A program made the translations under genes and the position numbers. 64,000 nt of DNA, taken from the NCBI GenBank assembly GCA_006212045.1, contig PZPK01000010.1, forward strand, positions 55,314 through 119,313, given 5' to 3'. Source of the stretch: Oleiphilus sp. (lineage in GTDB: Bacteria > Pseudomonadota > Gammaproteobacteria > Pseudomonadales > Oleiphilaceae). How positions within the stretch are numbered: the first letter of the stretch is position 1; each line of letters opens with the position of its first letter. The notes below the pieces were generated by a model. It saw only the letters and a program-made list of their open reading frames with translations, was not told where the DNA came from and made no database searches. Below are positions 10,779 to 23,221 of the stretch, piece by piece.

Positions 10779-11344
10779 TAGGTCTTGGGCAATGTCACAC
10801 CAACCTGACCCTGATACTTGCCTCCACGATCCCGGTAACTGGTTTCGCAGATCTCATCAGACTCAAAAAACAACATCTGGGCGACCCCTTCATTGGCGTA
10901 TATCTTGGCGGGGAGATTGGTCGTATTCGAGAACTCCAGTGTCACATGCCCCTCCCACTCGGGTTCCAGCGGGGTCACGTTGACGATAATGCCACAACGG
11001 GCATACGTGGATTTGCCCAGACAAACCGTTAATACGCTGCGAGGTATCCGAAAATACTCAACCGTGCGGGCCAGCGCAAAAGAGTTTGGCGGAATAATAC
11101 AGACATCACTGTCGATATCGACAAAACTGGATTCATCAAAGTTTTTTGGATCAACGGTAGCGGAATGCACATTCGTGAATATTTTGAACTCACTACTGCA
11201 ACGCACATCGTATCCATAGCTTGACGTACCATACGAAATAATACGGCCATGATCATCCCGTCGAACCTGCCCCGGTTCGAACGGCTCTATCATCCCGTGT
11301 TCCTGTGCCATTCTTCTTATCCACTTATCGGACTTGATTGTCAT
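10778..11344 (-). CDS. dcd: dCTP deaminase
   Basis: The start is set at [22 protein letters not shown] (11344). SYGYDVRC...[34 protein letters not shown] is canonical Dcd. Confidence 0.95.
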   Translation of the reverse strand: MTIKSDKWIRRMAQEHGMIEPFEPGQVRRDDHGRIISYGTSSYGYDVRCSSEFKIFTNVHSATVDPKNFDESSFVDIDSDVCIIPPNSFALARTVEYFRIPRSVLTVCLGKSTYARCGIIVNVTPLEPEWEGHVTLEFSNTTNLPAKIYANEGVAQMLFFESDEICETSYRDRGGKYQGQVGVTLPKT

Positions 11345-11674
11345 TACTTGCCTACTCTTGATATAAATTTTGCGGCCGTGCGCCTGGCGACTTCCGTTTG
11401 CAGCCGACCCCCTGTCTGCCACATAAACCGGGGCGGGCGCTGCGAAAAGCGGTCATCATACATTGACTCCGGGAAGCACAAAAGAGGCGTAAATAAAAGA
11501 ATCAGAAGTGAAAAAAACAACTTCACTCAAATTATCACATTTTGAGACTCGACTACTGGCACATTTGGACTAGTATTTAGAGAATGTGTAGCTGGACCTG
11601 CACGCTGTCACTATGCATGGAAGTAAATCCAAAAAACCGAACATGAACATACATGCATTTCAGGGATTTTTGTC

Positions 11675-13723
11675 TTGCCTATCGTCCGCGAAGTAAACAA
11701 ACGATTTAGATTCAACAAGCTGGGGCATCGCTTGTCGTTCTACTTTATTTCGATCTGTATCGTCTTCACGCTAATCACGGTCTCTTCCTTGCTGATGCGT
11801 CAGTACATTGCCGATCGCGCTACGGTCTTCACCGAAGGCGAAAAAACCATCAAGGCCGTCGAACAGCAACTGGCCAGAAGCCTTTGGAATGTCGATCAGG
11901 ACAGTACCCGCATCCTGCTGGAAGGGATGTATCGGATGCCCTCAATTCACAGCCTGCGTATCGTGGAATCCCTGGGCAACAGCTATGAATACGGCGCCGT
12001 GGACGACGAACCGGATCTAACGACCAATCTGGAATTTAACGGCCAGGGTCTGGGCCGGCTGGAAGTGGACGTAAATGAAAAACTCATCACGGACAACGTG
12101 ATCGACCAAATGAAAGTCATTATCATCAGTACGACCTTAATGATCGGCATGATTGGTTTTGTCTTCAGCATCATCGTTCGCCGCGCGGTGACCAAACATT
12201 TATCCGCCATTCGCGATGCTAACTACGACCCCTCCGGCCTGAACGCCAAGACCTTTGTGCCTATCGAACTGGACCGTCCCGACTACGACGATGAATTAAG
12301 CGATCTTGTCGAAGCGCTGAACGAAGGGCGCAGGCAAACAGTCGAGTTTGCGCTGGCGCGCGAATCCTATGAAAACCAGCTTGAATACCAGGCAAATTTC
12401 GACGTTCTTACCGATCTTCCCAATCGTCGCCATATTGACCGGCACCTCAAGGAAGACATGCGCAACTACGATCACAGTGATCACCGCAGCAAGCTGGCAA
12501 TGTTTTTTATCGACCTGGATGGCTTCAAAGAGGTGAACGACAGTCTGGGCCACAGCGCAGGTGACCGAATCCTGCAGGAGAGTTCCGGCCGACTGAAGGC
12601 CCTGTTCGAAAAGTACGAAGGTTACGTCGCACGCTTCGGCGGGGATGAATTTATCGCCACATTCCAGTGCATTTCGCGCTCCAAAGCGGAAGAAGTTGCG
12701 GAAGAAATCATCAACGTATTCAAGGAAAGTTTCAGCCTGAATGATTCCCAGCTTCAGCTGGGTTGTAGTATCGGGGTAGTCATGTATCCGGAGGATGGCA
12801 AATCCACCGAGGAGCTGATTCGCAAGGCGGATACCGCCATGTACAAGGCCAAAGAGGCCGGTCGAAACACCTACGAGTTCTTCGACCAGACCATGATGCA
12901 CGACATTCTGCTGAACAATACGATCAAAACGAAGCTGCAATCGGCGATCTCGGAGCAGAAGCTTGAGATTTATTACCAGCCATTGATCAACCTCAAAAAC
13001 ATGTCACTGTCCGGTTTTGAGGCGCTGATTCGCTGGGAAGATGACGATCTCGGGAAAGTACGTCCGGATCTGTTTATACCGATCGCAGAGAAAACCGGTT
13101 TGATTTTCGACATTGATACCTGGGTATTCGAAAACTCCATTGAGCAGGTCAGGCAGTGGCGACAGGACTACAAGCAGGACTTCATTATTTCGGTCAATTT
13201 CAGCTCTACCAACTTCCATCACCGCTCGCTTTCCAGCTGGATCAAGGAACATAAAATCTTCTTGCAACGCCTGGATTGGGTAGAACTGGAAGTCACCGAG
13301 CGCCTGGTTCTGGACGACGACCCGACCGTCACCAAGCGGATTGACCAGCTACTGCAGGCGGGTTTGCGCTTCAGCATTGATGACTTTGGAACCGGTTACT
13401 CCTCTTTGGGCTACATCAAGAAATTCAGCCATATTCTGTCGAAAGTGAAAATGGACCGCGTCTTCGTCAACGAGATCATCAACAGCAACTCCGACCGGGC
13501 ACTGGTCAAAAGTATTGTGACACTGGCAGAAAGCCTTTCAATTGAAGTACTGGCAGAAGGTATCGAAACCCGTAAACAGGAAGAAGTGCTGGTCAATCTC
13601 GGATGCGACTATGCTCAGGGTTTCCTTTACGCGAAACCAATGCCGGCCGCCGAGGTGGAAGAGTTCATCAAAACGTGGAATCAAACACCCCATATAGTGT
13701 CGACCAGCGATAAAACAGTTTAG
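11675..13723 (+). CDS. membrane sensor diguanylate cyclase/phosphodiesterase (GGDEF-EAL)
   Basis: 682 aa with two TM segments flanking a periplasmic region. RFGGDEF motif, and EAL domain (FEALIRW, DDFGTGYSS). TTG start. Confidence 0.9.
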   Translation: MPIVREVNKRFRFNKLGHRLSFYFISICIVFTLITVSSLLMRQYIADRATVFTEGEKTIKAVEQQLARSLWNVDQDSTRILLEGMYRMPSIHSLRIVESLGNSYEYGAVDDEPDLTTNLEFNGQGLGRLEVDVNEKLITDNVIDQMKVIIISTTLMIGMIGFVFSIIVRRAVTKHLSAIRDANYDPSGLNAKTFVPIELDRPDYDDELSDLVEALNEGRRQTVEFALARESYENQLEYQANFDVLTDLPNRRHIDRHLKEDMRNYDHSDHRSKLAMFFIDLDGFKEVNDSLGHSAGDRILQESSGRLKALFEKYEGYVARFGGDEFIATFQCISRSKAEEVAEEIINVFKESFSLNDSQLQLGCSIGVVMYPEDGKSTEELIRKADTAMYKAKEAGRNTYEFFDQTMMHDILLNNTIKTKLQSAISEQKLEIYYQPLINLKNMSLSGFEALIRWEDDDLGKVRPDLFIPIAEKTGLIFDIDTWVFENSIEQVRQWRQDYKQDFIISVNFSSTNFHHRSLSSWIKEHKIFLQRLDWVELEVTERLVLDDDPTVTKRIDQLLQAGLRFSIDDFGTGYSSLGYIKKFSHILSKVKMDRVFVNEIINSNSDRALVKSIVTLAESLSIEVLAEGIETRKQEEVLVNLGCDYAQGFLYAKPMPAAEVEEFIKTWNQTPHIVSTSDKTV

Positions 13724-13774
13724 GCCCGCGTTAAACCGGGCCAGTGACACCTTCTGCAATAGGCAACGATCAGA

Positions 13775-14872
13775 TTATTCCTGAGAAACGACAATTTCCG
13801 GAAACGGGCTTCGCCCGTCTTTGGATTGCTCCGCCAGTTGCGCACTCACCTTACGCGCAATATCCCGATACATATGTGCCACTTCACTATCAGGCTCTGC
13901 CACCACCGTTGGCTGTCCGGCGTCTGTCTGCTCCCTGATGGTCTGATGCAATGGCAACTGTCCGAGCAGAAGCGTATCGTAACTTTCAGCAATTCGTTCA
14001 CCACCGCCTTCTCCAAACAGGGGTTCGTGGAATCCACACTGACTGCAAATATGCACACTCATGTTTTCGATGACCCCCAATACAGGAATACTCACCTTGC
14101 GGAACATTTCGATGCCTTTTTTGCAGTCGAGCAAGGCGATGTCCTGAGGCGTAGTCACCACCACCGAGGCGCTAACCGGCACTTTTTGTGACAAGGTCAG
14201 CTGGATGTCTCCCGTACCCGGCGGCATATCGACAATCAAATAATCGAGTTCCCCCCATTTGGTCTGGGTCAACAGTTGCTGCAAGGCTCCACTCACCATG
14301 GGACCGCGCCACACCATGGGCGTTTCCTCAGTCACCAGAAAAGCCATGGACATGGCCTGTACACCATGGGCCTCAAGCGGTACAAAAAACTGGTTATTGA
14401 GGGTCTTGGGACGAGTGCCATCGGCAATTCCCAGCATCATGCCCACGCTGGGCCCATAAATATCCGCATCGAGCACACCTACTCGCGCCCCTTCCTGCGC
14501 CAGGGCCAGAGCCAGGTTGACAGAAGTGGTGCTCTTGCCAACGCCACCTTTACCGGACGCCACCGCAATGATGTTTTTCACCGAATCCAGTGCCGGTACA
14601 TTGTTCGCAGCTTTGGTCGCCGCGATATTTTGCTCCACTTGAATATCGACGCTTTCGACACCTTCAACATTCTCCAGGTTAGTGGACAGAATCTGGCGCA
14701 TCCCACCTTCGATGCCCTTGCTCGCATAGGGCAGCGCTAATGCGAGATGCACAGCGCCGCCATTGGCGTCCAGCTTCTTTACTGCTTTCATACTGAACAG
14801 ATCCTGTTCAAAATAAGGATCTCTGTAATCTTTGACCGCGGCCTCTAGTGCTGACTGGCTAACCTGACCCAT
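13775..14872 (-). CDS. apbC: iron-sulfur cluster carrier protein ApbC/Mrp
   Basis: The start is set at MGQVSQSAL (14872). Walker A ASGKGGVGKST and the CSQCG motif are present. The gene is divergent from metG, as in many gammaproteobacteria. Confidence 0.93.
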   Translation of the reverse strand: MGQVSQSALEAAVKDYRDPYFEQDLFSMKAVKKLDANGGAVHLALALPYASKGIEGGMRQILSTNLENVEGVESVDIQVEQNIAATKAANNVPALDSVKNIIAVASGKGGVGKSTTSVNLALALAQEGARVGVLDADIYGPSVGMMLGIADGTRPKTLNNQFFVPLEAHGVQAMSMAFLVTEETPMVWRGPMVSGALQQLLTQTKWGELDYLIVDMPPGTGDIQLTLSQKVPVSASVVVTTPQDIALLDCKKGIEMFRKVSIPVLGVIENMSVHICSQCGFHEPLFGEGGGERIAESYDTLLLGQLPLHQTIREQTDAGQPTVVAEPDSEVAHMYRDIARKVSAQLAEQSKDGRSPFPEIVVSQE

Positions 14873-15087
14873 AATGACTCCTGCTCGAATGGTGGTGTGC
14901 GACGGATATGTGGTGAACTTGAACGATATGGGGGATAACACGCTATTATCAAGTCGGCTTCCATCGCTACAGGGTGAAAAGTATGCAAATCACAGGTATG
15001 ATAGCGCCGTTTTTTTGAGCGATTAGAAACGTCCCTCATTTCTATCGACATGTCCTGATAATTTCATCCGTTTAAAGAGAGCAACCA

Positions 15088-17118
15088 GTGCGAAAGATTT
15101 TGGTTACCAGTGCCCTGCCCTATGCCAATGGCCCGATACATCTGGGACATTTGCTGGAATATATTCAAACGGACATTTGGGTGCGATTTCAGAAGATGCG
15201 CGGCGAGCAATGCACTTATGTCTGCGCCGATGATGCGCACGGGACGGCCATCATGCTCAGAGCCGAAAAAGAAGGCCTGACGCCGGAGGCCCTCATTGAC
15301 CGCGTCAATCAGGAACATCAAAACGACTTTTCCGATTTCCTGATCCATTTCGACAATTACTACTCCACGCACTCGGAGGAGAACAAGACGCTATCCGCAC
15401 ATATTTACAATGCGTGTAAAGATGCTGGGAAAATAGCGACGCGAACCATCACACAAGCCTTTGACCCGGAAAAACAGCTGTTTCTGGCAGACCGATTCAT
15501 CAAAGGTACCTGCCCGAAATGCAAAACGCCGGATCAATACGGCGACAACTGCGAAGCCTGTGGCGCCACTTATACACCCGGCGAGTTGATCGATCCTGTG
15601 TCAGCCATCTCTGGCGCAACGCCGATCGACAAGGATTCAGAGCATTTTTTCTTCAAGCTTCCCGAATTCCAGGATTTTTTGAAAGAATGGACGCGCAGTG
15701 GCACGCTGCAGCCCCAAATTGCGAATAAACTGTCAGAGTGGCTCGATGCAGGCTTGCAGGAATGGGACATCAGCCGGGACGCGCCCTATTTCGGTTTTGA
15801 GATTCCAGGCCAATCCGGCAAGTATTTTTATGTCTGGCTGGATGCACCGATTGGCTACATGGCCAGCTTTAAAAATCTGTGCGATAAACGTGAAGATCTG
15901 GACTTTGATGCCTACTGGAAGGCTGGATCTGATGCCGAGCTGTACCATTTTATTGGCAAGGATATCATCAACTTCCATGCCCTGTTCTGGCCTGCAATGC
16001 TGAGCTGTGCCAACTTCCGGACCCCCAGCGCGGTATTCGCACACGGTTTTGTCACCGTGAACGGCAAGAAAATGTCCAAGTCACGCGGCACGTTCATTAA
16101 AGCCCGAACCTATCTCGAACACCTCGATCCCGAGTATCTTCGATACTACTTCGCGGCCAAGCTCACCAGCAACGTAGATGATCTGGACCTGAATCTGGAG
16201 GACTTTGCGCAACGTGTGAACTCGGATCTGGTCGGGAAAGTTGTAAATATCGCCAGCCGCTGTGCCGGCTTTATTTCGAAGCGTTTCGACGGCAAGCTCT
16301 CAAGTGATTCGAGCGAACCCGAACTGTTGCAGAAGTTCATCGATGCGGGTGATGCCATTGCTCAGCGCTATGAAGAACGGGAGTTCGGTAAGGCTATCCG
16401 ACTGATTATGGAGTTGGCGGACCAGGCCAATCAATACATCGATGAGCAAGCGCCCTGGGTGGTGGCAAAGCAGGAAGGGCGCGATGCAGAGCTGCAGCAA
16501 ATCTGTTCTAACGGCATCAATATGTTCCGGCAGCTGATGATTTATCTGGCGCCGGTGCTGCCGGCCATGACAGAGAAAGCCGAAGCCTTTCTGAATGAAG
16601 AACTGAGTTGGTCAAGCCGACACACGCTGCTCCTGGGCCATCAAATCAATAAATTCAAAGCGATGATGACCCGAGTCGAAATGCCAAAAATAGATGCCAT
16701 GCTCGAAGCTTCCAAAGAAGCTGTGGTCGAGGAAATGGCATTGAACGCCACAAAAGAGACCCGCAAAGCGCCGGGCGGGGAAAACATTGCCGATGAAATC
16801 GGGTTCGAGGATTTTGCCAAGGTCGACCTGCGTATTGCGCGTATCGTCACGGCGGAACATGTAAAGGGCGCAGACAAGTTACTTAAACTGACCCTGGACC
16901 TGGGCACAGAAACCCGCCAAGTATTTTCGGGAATAAAATCGGCTTACCAGCCGGAAGACCTTGAAGGCAAGCTGACCGTTCTGGTCGCCAATCTGAAACC
17001 CCGGAAGATGAAATTCGGACTGTCCGAAGGGATGGTGCTGGCGGCCGGTCCCGGTGGCAAGGACATCTGGTTACTCGAACCCCATCCAGGTGCTCAACCT
17101 GGCATGCGTATCATGTAG
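15088..17118 (+). CDS. metG: methionine--tRNA ligase
   Basis: 676 aa. It has [11 protein letters not shown] (HIGH), KMSKS and zinc-knuckle CPKC...CEAC motifs, plus a C-terminal tRNA-binding domain. Confidence 0.97.
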   Translation: MRKILVTSALPYANGPIHLGHLLEYIQTDIWVRFQKMRGEQCTYVCADDAHGTAIMLRAEKEGLTPEALIDRVNQEHQNDFSDFLIHFDNYYSTHSEENKTLSAHIYNACKDAGKIATRTITQAFDPEKQLFLADRFIKGTCPKCKTPDQYGDNCEACGATYTPGELIDPVSAISGATPIDKDSEHFFFKLPEFQDFLKEWTRSGTLQPQIANKLSEWLDAGLQEWDISRDAPYFGFEIPGQSGKYFYVWLDAPIGYMASFKNLCDKREDLDFDAYWKAGSDAELYHFIGKDIINFHALFWPAMLSCANFRTPSAVFAHGFVTVNGKKMSKSRGTFIKARTYLEHLDPEYLRYYFAAKLTSNVDDLDLNLEDFAQRVNSDLVGKVVNIASRCAGFISKRFDGKLSSDSSEPELLQKFIDAGDAIAQRYEEREFGKAIRLIMELADQANQYIDEQAPWVVAKQEGRDAELQQICSNGINMFRQLMIYLAPVLPAMTEKAEAFLNEELSWSSRHTLLLGHQINKFKAMMTRVEMPKIDAMLEASKEAVVEEMALNATKETRKAPGGENIADEIGFEDFAKVDLRIARIVTAEHVKGADKLLKLTLDLGTETRQVFSGIKSAYQPEDLEGKLTVLVANLKPRKMKFGLSEGMVLAAGPGGKDIWLLEPHPGAQPGMRIM

Positions 17119-17134
17119 AGGCCTGATAAGTAGG

Positions 17135-17716
17135 ATGACGGAATATTTACTGATCCTGGTCAGCACCATACTGGTCAACAACTTTGTTCTGGTGCAGTTC
17201 CTCGGCCTGTGCCCGTTCATGGGAGTGTCCAATAAGCTGGATACGGCCATGGGCATGTCACTGGCGACCACGTTTGTGCTGACCTTATCGTCGCTGTGCA
17301 GCTACCTGGTCTACAGCCTGTTGCTGCAACCGCTGGGCATTGAGTATCTGCAAACAATCTCCTTTATTCTGGTCATTGCGGTCGTTGTTCAGTTTACTGA
17401 AATGGTGGTCCGTAAAACGAGCCCGCTACTGTATCGTGTACTGGGTATTTTTCTGCCACTGATCACGACAAACTGCGCGGTACTGGGCGTCGCCCTGCTG
17501 AATATCAAGAAACAGAACGGCTTTGTCGAATCGGTCATCTACGGCTTTGGCGCTGCGCTGGGTTTTTCTCTGGTGCTGGTATTATTTTCAGCCATGCGTG
17601 AACGCATCGCGGTTGCAGACGTCCCTGCACCGTTCAAGGGCTCCGCCATCGGTATGATAACCGCAGGGCTGATGTCTCTGGCATTTATGGGCTTTACAGG
17701 GCTGGTCAGTATCTGA
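17135..17716 (+). CDS. rnfA: electron transport complex subunit RnfA/RsxA
   Basis: The start is set at [30 protein letters not shown]. 193 aa, first gene of the rnfABCDGE cluster. Confidence 0.95.
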   Translation: MTEYLLILVSTILVNNFVLVQFLGLCPFMGVSNKLDTAMGMSLATTFVLTLSSLCSYLVYSLLLQPLGIEYLQTISFILVIAVVVQFTEMVVRKTSPLLYRVLGIFLPLITTNCAVLGVALLNIKKQNGFVESVIYGFGAALGFSLVLVLFSAMRERIAVADVPAPFKGSAIGMITAGLMSLAFMGFTGLVSI

Positions 17717-18312
17717 TGCTTGTATTGACCGCGATCATTACCCTGACCCTGCTGGCCATCGGCTTTGGCGCATTGCTCGGCTTTGCGGCAATTCGCTTCA
17801 AAATGCAGGGCAACCCGGTTGTCGACCAGATCGACAGCCTGTTACCACAGACTCAGTGCGGGCAGTGCGGACATCCAGGCTGTCGACCCTATGCAGAAGC
17901 AATCGCCAATGGCGAGGACATTAATAAGTGCCCTCCCGGAGGTGAAGCCACGATTCAGGCACTGGCAGACCTGCTGGATGTTGAACCCATGGCGCTGGAT
18001 GCCGAGCATGGCCAGGAAAAACCCAAACAGGTCGCCGTGATACGTGAAGATGAATGCATCGGGTGCACCAAGTGTATTCAGGCCTGCCCGGTAGATGCCA
18101 TTTTGGGTGCGGCCAAACACATGCATACCGTGATTGAATCAGAATGCACCGGCTGCGATCTCTGTGTCGAGCCATGCCCGGTCGACTGTATCGACATGGT
18201 CGATGTGGAACATGGACTTTCAGACTGGAAGTGGACCTCACCAGACAGGTCAATGTTAATCGCGACTGACCGCTCATCCACTGAATATGGCCGGAGCACT
18301 AACGCCGCATGA
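17716..18312 (+). CDS. rnfB: electron transport complex subunit RnfB
   Basis: N-terminal TM segment, the [12 protein letters not shown] cluster and two 4Fe-4S ferredoxin motifs ([24 protein letters not shown]). Confidence 0.93.
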   Translation: MLVLTAIITLTLLAIGFGALLGFAAIRFKMQGNPVVDQIDSLLPQTQCGQCGHPGCRPYAEAIANGEDINKCPPGGEATIQALADLLDVEPMALDAEHGQEKPKQVAVIREDECIGCTKCIQACPVDAILGAAKHMHTVIESECTGCDLCVEPCPVDCIDMVDVEHGLSDWKWTSPDRSMLIATDRSSTEYGRSTNAA

Positions 18313-20360
18313 CTGCGCCTGTATCCAATCCAAACCATCCCAAAAGAGCGGTGCATGCATTTCATGGTGGCATTCATCCGCCCGAGCATAAGGTGGATTC
18401 CAATCAGACACCGATTGCAACATCGCCATTGCCTCCGCGTCTGATCATGCCCTTGCAGCAACATCTGGGCAAAGCTGCCAAGCCGATCGTGGCGGTTGGT
18501 GATCATGTCCTCAAAGGCCAGCGCATTGCAGAGGCAGATGGCGCGATCAGCGCTCATGTGCATGCACCTACTTCAGGTACGATTACCGCCATTGAGGACC
18601 GTGCCATTCCGCACCCTTCAGGCCTAAGCGATCGCTGCATCGAAATCCGGACGGATGGGGAAGATCGCTGGATCGAACTGGAAGCCAACGAACACTATGA
18701 AACACTGTCCGTCGAAGAAATTCGGGACAAAGTCCGTGGGGCAGGCATTGCCGGTATGGGTGGCGCCGGATTTCCGACCGAAATCAAGATGCACCCGCCA
18801 CAGCAGGACAAGGTCAATACCCTGATTATCAACGCCGCGGAATGTGAGCCCTACATCACGGCAGATGACAGACTCATGCGTGAACGCGCCGATGAGCTGG
18901 TGAAGGGTATCGAGATCATGGCTTATGCACTGCAGCCAGGCGAGTGCCTGATCGGCATAGAGGACAATAAACCCGAAGCCATTGAAGCGCTGAAAAGGGC
19001 GGTAGGCGGAACACGCATTGAAGTCGTTGTCGTGCCAACCAAATACCCCTCCGGTGGTGAAAAACAGCTGATTAAACTGCTGACCGACAAAGAAGTCCCG
19101 AGTGGCCGAATTCCTGCCGATATCGGCATTGTTTGTCAGAACGTCGGTACCGCTGTTGCGGTTTTTCGGGCTGTACGTTTCGGCGAGCCACTGATTTCGC
19201 GCATTACCACCTTAACCGGGGATCAGATTTCCCGTAAAGGAAATGTCGAAGTGTTGCTGGGCACCCCTATTCAATGGTTGCTGAATCAGTATGGCTATCA
19301 GGCCGGCAACCCCGAACGAATCATCGTTGGTGGTCCAATGATGGGCTATGCATTGAATGACCCTGATGCGCCAGTTGTCAAAACCACCAACTGCCTTTTG
19401 GCTCCATCTGCCGAGGAGCTGCCACTCGCTGAACCCGCCCAGGCCTGCATACGGTGTGGATTGTGCGCTGAAGCCTGTCCGGCTGAATTGCTGCCGCAGC
19501 AACTGTACTGGTTTGCACGCAGTCAGGAGCATGAAAAAGCCGAGCACCACAACCTGTTCGATTGTATCGAATGCGGTGCCTGCTCCTATGTCTGCCCCAG
19601 TGCGATTCCTTTGGTTCACTATTACCGTCATGCCAAAAGTGAAATCAAACAGCACCGCCAGGAACAGGAAAAGTCAGACCGGGCACGCATTCGCTTTGAA
19701 GCACGACAAGAACGACTGGAACGCGAAAAACAGGAAAAAGAAGCCAAGCGTAAAGCACGCGCAGAAGCCGCCGCCAAAGCACAGGCAGCAAAACAGGCGC
19801 CTGCTGCACCGGCCAAGCCTGTTGAAACAGCGGCTTCAGCACCTGCACAGAATGATCCCAAACAAGCTGCCATTGAGGCCGCGTTGGCCAGAAAACAGTC
19901 TTCGAATCAGGAGGCCGAGGATCCTGAAGCTCTTAAGACGGCCTTGGATAAAGCAATAGCGAAGCTGGACAAGATGCTGGACGCGCTTGAGCAGGCCAAA
20001 CAAGATAACCCGGATCAAGTGGAAAAACTGACCCGGGCAGTGGAAAAGAACCAGGTCAGGGTCAATCAGGCGCGGCAAAATTACGAACGTGCACTTGCCT
20101 CATCCAATACGCAAGCCGCAAACACGACAGCCAAAGCGCCGCCAGAACCGAAAGAGCTGCCCAGTCGCGAGCAACTGGTAACGAACCTGGAAAAGGCCAG
20201 GGCCAAGCTGGAAAAAATGAGCGACGCTTTGGAACAGGCCCAATCCGAACAACCAGAGCAGGTTGAAAAGCTTATTCGGTCGGTCGAAAAAAACCGTATT
20301 CGTGTCGAAGCAGCAGAAAGGGCTTTGGCAGAAGCCGATAAGCAAGAGGATGTTCGCTAA
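18309..20360 (+). CDS. rnfC: electron transport complex subunit RnfC with a long repetitive C-terminal tail
   Basis: [22 protein letters not shown] and two 4Fe-4S motifs ([24 protein letters not shown]). The last ~240 aa are a low-complexity K/E/A/Q tail. Confidence 0.93.
   Translation: MTAPVSNPNHPKRAVHAFHGGIHPPEHKVDSNQTPIATSPLPPRLIMPLQQHLGKAAKPIVAVGDHVLKGQRIAEADGAISAHVHAPTSGTITAIEDRAIPHPSGLSDRCIEIRTDGEDRWIELEANEHYETLSVEEIRDKVRGAGIAGMGGAGFPTEIKMHPPQQDKVNTLIINAAECEPYITADDRLMRERADELVKGIEIMAYALQPGECLIGIEDNKPEAIEALKRAVGGTRIEVVVVPTKYPSGGEKQLIKLLTDKEVPSGRIPADIGIVCQNVGTAVAVFRAVRFGEPLISRITTLTGDQISRKGNVEVLLGTPIQWLLNQYGYQAGNPERIIVGGPMMGYALNDPDAPVVKTTNCLLAPSAEELPLAEPAQACIRCGLCAEACPAELLPQQLYWFARSQEHEKAEHHNLFDCIECGACSYVCPSAIPLVHYYRHAKSEIKQHRQEQEKSDRARIRFEARQERLEREKQEKEAKRKARAEAAAKAQAAKQAPAAPAKPVETAASAPAQNDPKQAAIEAALARKQSSNQEAEDPEALKTALDKAIAKLDKMLDALEQAKQDNPDQVEKLTRAVEKNQVRVNQARQNYERALASSNTQAANTTAKAPPEPKELPSREQLVTNLEKARAKLEKMSDALEQAQSEQPEQVEKLIRSVEKNRIRVEAAERALAEADKQEDVR
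19929..20333 (+). repeat. in-frame tandem duplication (~80-codon period) within the rnfC tail
   Basis: aa 541-597 ([57 protein letters not shown]) align with aa 621-675 ([56 protein letters not shown]). Confidence 0.7.
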
Positions 20361-21412
20361 TGGCATTACTGACTCTGTCTTCCCCGCATGCTAAAGGCAG
20401 TAACCGTACTTCCGATCTGATGCGCTGGGTTATTCTTGCCTGTGTACCAGGGCTGGCCCTGCAAACCTACTTTTTTGGTTGGGGCAATTTACACAACGTC
20501 TTGTGGTGCGCATGTATTGCACTGAGTTGCGAGGCGATCGTACTGAAATTGCGTGGGCGTGCACCCGCTTTTTATCTTAAAGACTACAGCGCGCTGGTGA
20601 CAGCCGTGCTACTGGGACTTGCCTTGCCTCCGTTGGCTCCCTGGTGGATCAGTCTGGTTGCCACCACTTTTGCGATTGTCTTTGCCAAGCATCTTTATGG
20701 CGGCATGGGGTACAACCCCTTCAATCCGGCGATGGCCGGTTACGCACTGGTATTGATTTCATTCCCTGTTGCGATGACGACTAACTGGGCGACACCCTCT
20801 TCAATGCTGGCGGACGGGCAACTCGGGCTAGGGGATACCCTGGCGGTTATCTGGCAACAGAGTCCTCTCCCGGACGGTTTCAGTGGCGCCACCCCTTTGG
20901 ACGTGTACAAGCATGAAATTGCTTACAAGACCGAGGAAACCGTCAGAGCGTTCGCCGTCTTTGGCGAGCATTTCGCGCTTGGCTGGGAATGGGTCAATGT
21001 CGCCTTTCTGCTGGGCGGCCTGGTACTCCTTGGACTTAAGATCATTCCCTGGCAAACGCCGGTAGCTGTTCTCACCGGATTGGCCGTCCCAAGCCTGTTG
21101 CTGGGCTCGGATGCGGATCAGTATACCCCGCTGTCAATTCACCTGCTTGCCGGGGCTACCATGCTTGGCGCATTCTTTATTGCGACAGATCCGGTATCCT
21201 CTTCGACCACGCCTCTGGGAAGACTGGTCTATGGCTTTGGCATTGGACTACTGACCTATATTATACGGACCTGGGGAGGCTACCCTGATGCATTTGCGTT
21301 CGCCGTTCTGCTGATGAATTTTGCTGCGCCGTTGATTGACGTCTATACCCAACCCAGAACATATGGCTTTGCCGGCCCCAAACGCGGACCAAAGTCCCGT
21401 GAAAATCAGTGA
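20360..21412 (+). CDS. rnfD: electron transport complex subunit RnfD
   Basis: 350 aa, polytopic. The SGATPL (FMN-attachment region) and ATDPVSS motifs are present. Confidence 0.95.
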   Translation: MALLTLSSPHAKGSNRTSDLMRWVILACVPGLALQTYFFGWGNLHNVLWCACIALSCEAIVLKLRGRAPAFYLKDYSALVTAVLLGLALPPLAPWWISLVATTFAIVFAKHLYGGMGYNPFNPAMAGYALVLISFPVAMTTNWATPSSMLADGQLGLGDTLAVIWQQSPLPDGFSGATPLDVYKHEIAYKTEETVRAFAVFGEHFALGWEWVNVAFLLGGLVLLGLKIIPWQTPVAVLTGLAVPSLLLGSDADQYTPLSIHLLAGATMLGAFFIATDPVSSSTTPLGRLVYGFGIGLLTYIIRTWGGYPDAFAFAVLLMNFAAPLIDVYTQPRTYGFAGPKRGPKSRENQ

Positions 21413-21422
21413 TTGAAACACT

Positions 21423-22133
21423 ATGACTGCAACAGACCCGCATCAGACAGATGCACAGCAAACGAACGAACCGGTGGAAACAATGTGGTCCAGCATCGCA
21501 AAATCCGTCACAGGACTGGCGCTGTTCGCGATCATTACCGCCGGCTTGATTGCACTGACGCAAGTCACTACCGCCGACAGAATTGAGCAACAGGTTCGCA
21601 AAGCCAAAGCCAAAGCTCTGCTTGATATCGTGCCCTTAAGCGAACACAACAACGACATGTTAAATGAGGCCTATTCGATTCAGGCCAGTGAACTGGGACT
21701 GGAAGAGCCGGAGCAGGCATTTGTGGCCCGACAGGACGGTTTACCGGTCAGCCTGATTATTCCTTTGGTCGCGCCAGATGGTTATACAGGGCCGATTCGT
21801 ATGCTGATCGGTATCGATATGGCCGGACAAATCAAAGGTGTACGCGTTGTCGAACATAAAGAAACACCGGGTTTGGGTGACAAGATCGAATTACAGAAGT
21901 CTGACTGGATCAGACAATTTGATGGCCGCTCTCTGGACAATACTTCCAGAGATCAATGGAAGGTCAAAAAAGAGGGTGGCGAATTTGATCAGCTTACTGG
22001 TGCCACGATAACGCCTCGCGCTATCGTGCGTGCGGTGCGCAAGGCGCTGGTGTTTTATCGCCAACACCAGTCTGCCCTGCTGGCGACGAAACCCGGCGAG
22101 TCCTTTAGTGACAAAGCAATAGGGAACCCCTAG
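21423..22133 (+). CDS. rnfG: electron transport complex subunit RnfG
   Basis: 236 aa with an N-terminal TM segment. HKETPGLGDK and GATITPRA are FMN-binding domain motifs. Confidence 0.9.
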   Translation: MTATDPHQTDAQQTNEPVETMWSSIAKSVTGLALFAIITAGLIALTQVTTADRIEQQVRKAKAKALLDIVPLSEHNNDMLNEAYSIQASELGLEEPEQAFVARQDGLPVSLIIPLVAPDGYTGPIRMLIGIDMAGQIKGVRVVEHKETPGLGDKIELQKSDWIRQFDGRSLDNTSRDQWKVKKEGGEFDQLTGATITPRAIVRAVRKALVFYRQHQSALLATKPGESFSDKAIGNP

Positions 22134-22136
22134 AAC

Positions 22137-22850
22137 ATGGCTACCAGCAATTTGAATACCATCGTTAAAAACGGCCTCTGGGACAATAACCCGGCGCTGG
22201 TCCAGTTACTGGGACTCTGCCCTTTGCTCGCAGTCACCGGCACCGTAGTGAACGCACTCGGCTTGGGGCTGGCCACGACGATGGTCCTGCTTGGTTCCAA
22301 TATTTCGGTTTCACTGATCCGAAACTTCGTCTCTGAATCCATTCGTTTACCCGCCTTCGTCATGATCATCGCGTCACTCGTGACCTGCGCAGAGCTGCTT
22401 ATGAAGGCATTCACCTACGAGCTGTATCAAATCCTGGGGATTTTTATTCCGCTGATCGTGACCAACTGTGCCATTCTGGGCCGGGCTGATGCATTTGCCT
22501 GCAAGAATCCCATCCTGCCGGCCGCAACCGACGGCTTGATGATGGGACTGGGATTCACCGCCGTACTGATTCTGCTCGGAGGCATGCGCGAAGCCATTGG
22601 ACAAGGCACGCTGTTTGCGGATATGCAGCTGATTTTTGGTCCTGCGGCGGAAAGCTGGAAAATTGTGCTGATAGAAGACTATGCCAACTTCCTGTTTGCG
22701 GTGCTGCCACCAGGGGCATTCGTCGCAATGGGCCTGATCATTGCGCTCAAAAATATCATTGACCAACGTATCGAAAACAAGCGGGCGCTTGCGACTCCAA
22801 AAACCGAAGTCGGCAGTAAACGCGTCAGGGTGACCGGCAAAATTGCTTGA
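22137..22850 (+). CDS. rnfE: electron transport complex subunit RnfE
   Basis: [22 protein letters not shown]...[14 protein letters not shown]. It is a paralogue of RnfA and the last gene of the operon. Confidence 0.95.
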   Translation: MATSNLNTIVKNGLWDNNPALVQLLGLCPLLAVTGTVVNALGLGLATTMVLLGSNISVSLIRNFVSESIRLPAFVMIIASLVTCAELLMKAFTYELYQILGIFIPLIVTNCAILGRADAFACKNPILPAATDGLMMGLGFTAVLILLGGMREAIGQGTLFADMQLIFGPAAESWKIVLIEDYANFLFAVLPPGAFVAMGLIIALKNIIDQRIENKRALATPKTEVGSKRVRVTGKIA

Positions 22851-23014
22851 ACCTTAAGCCTGCAGACTGTGATAGTTCGTAAATTTTGAATTCACAGACC
22901 GCAGCATGACAACCAATTCACGTATCCTTCATTCGAGACTTGCCGGGTGTCGGGTCTGTTTGTAGCATACGGCTTCTTTACCGAACATTAAGTCCGCGTC
23001 CTATGGAGAACGGA

Positions 23015-23221
23015 ATGAAGAAAATTCTAGTCACTTTGATTGTTGTATCCGGTCTGTTTTTGAATGGATGTCAAAGCTTTCAGAAAGAACGTGATCTTGA
23101 AATGTATATTGTCGGTACAGCTCTGACCTACGCTGCCGCCAAGCATATTTGCAGAAACAGCGTTAACCACGATGAAAAATGCGGTCTTGGTGCGGCTGCC
23201 GCATTCGTTCTTTGGTATTGA
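23015..23221 (+). CDS. small putative lipoprotein (68 aa)
   Basis: The start is set at MKKILVTLIVVSGLFLNGC (lipobox) behind a GGAGAA Shine-Dalgarno. I recognise no family. Confidence 0.5.
   Translation: MKKILVTLIVVSGLFLNGCQSFQKERDLEMYIVGTALTYAAAKHICRNSVNHDEKCGLGAAAAFVLWY

Noticed and set aside
12296-12940. 214-aa minus-strand ORF inside the GGDEF-EAL gene
   Set aside because: The plus frame carries the GGDEF and EAL motifs, so this is a shadow ORF.
13724-13774. Hairpin ggcccg-N8-cgggcc between the convergent GGDEF-EAL and apbC genes
   Set aside because: The stem is 6 bp with no U-tract on either strand. That is insufficient to call a terminator.
19357-19959. 200-aa plus-strand alternative-frame ORF within rnfC, plus several minus ORFs at 19628-20366
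   Set aside because: The low-complexity, repeat-rich rnfC tail keeps several frames open by composition alone. The rnfC frame is continuous with the Fe-S domains.
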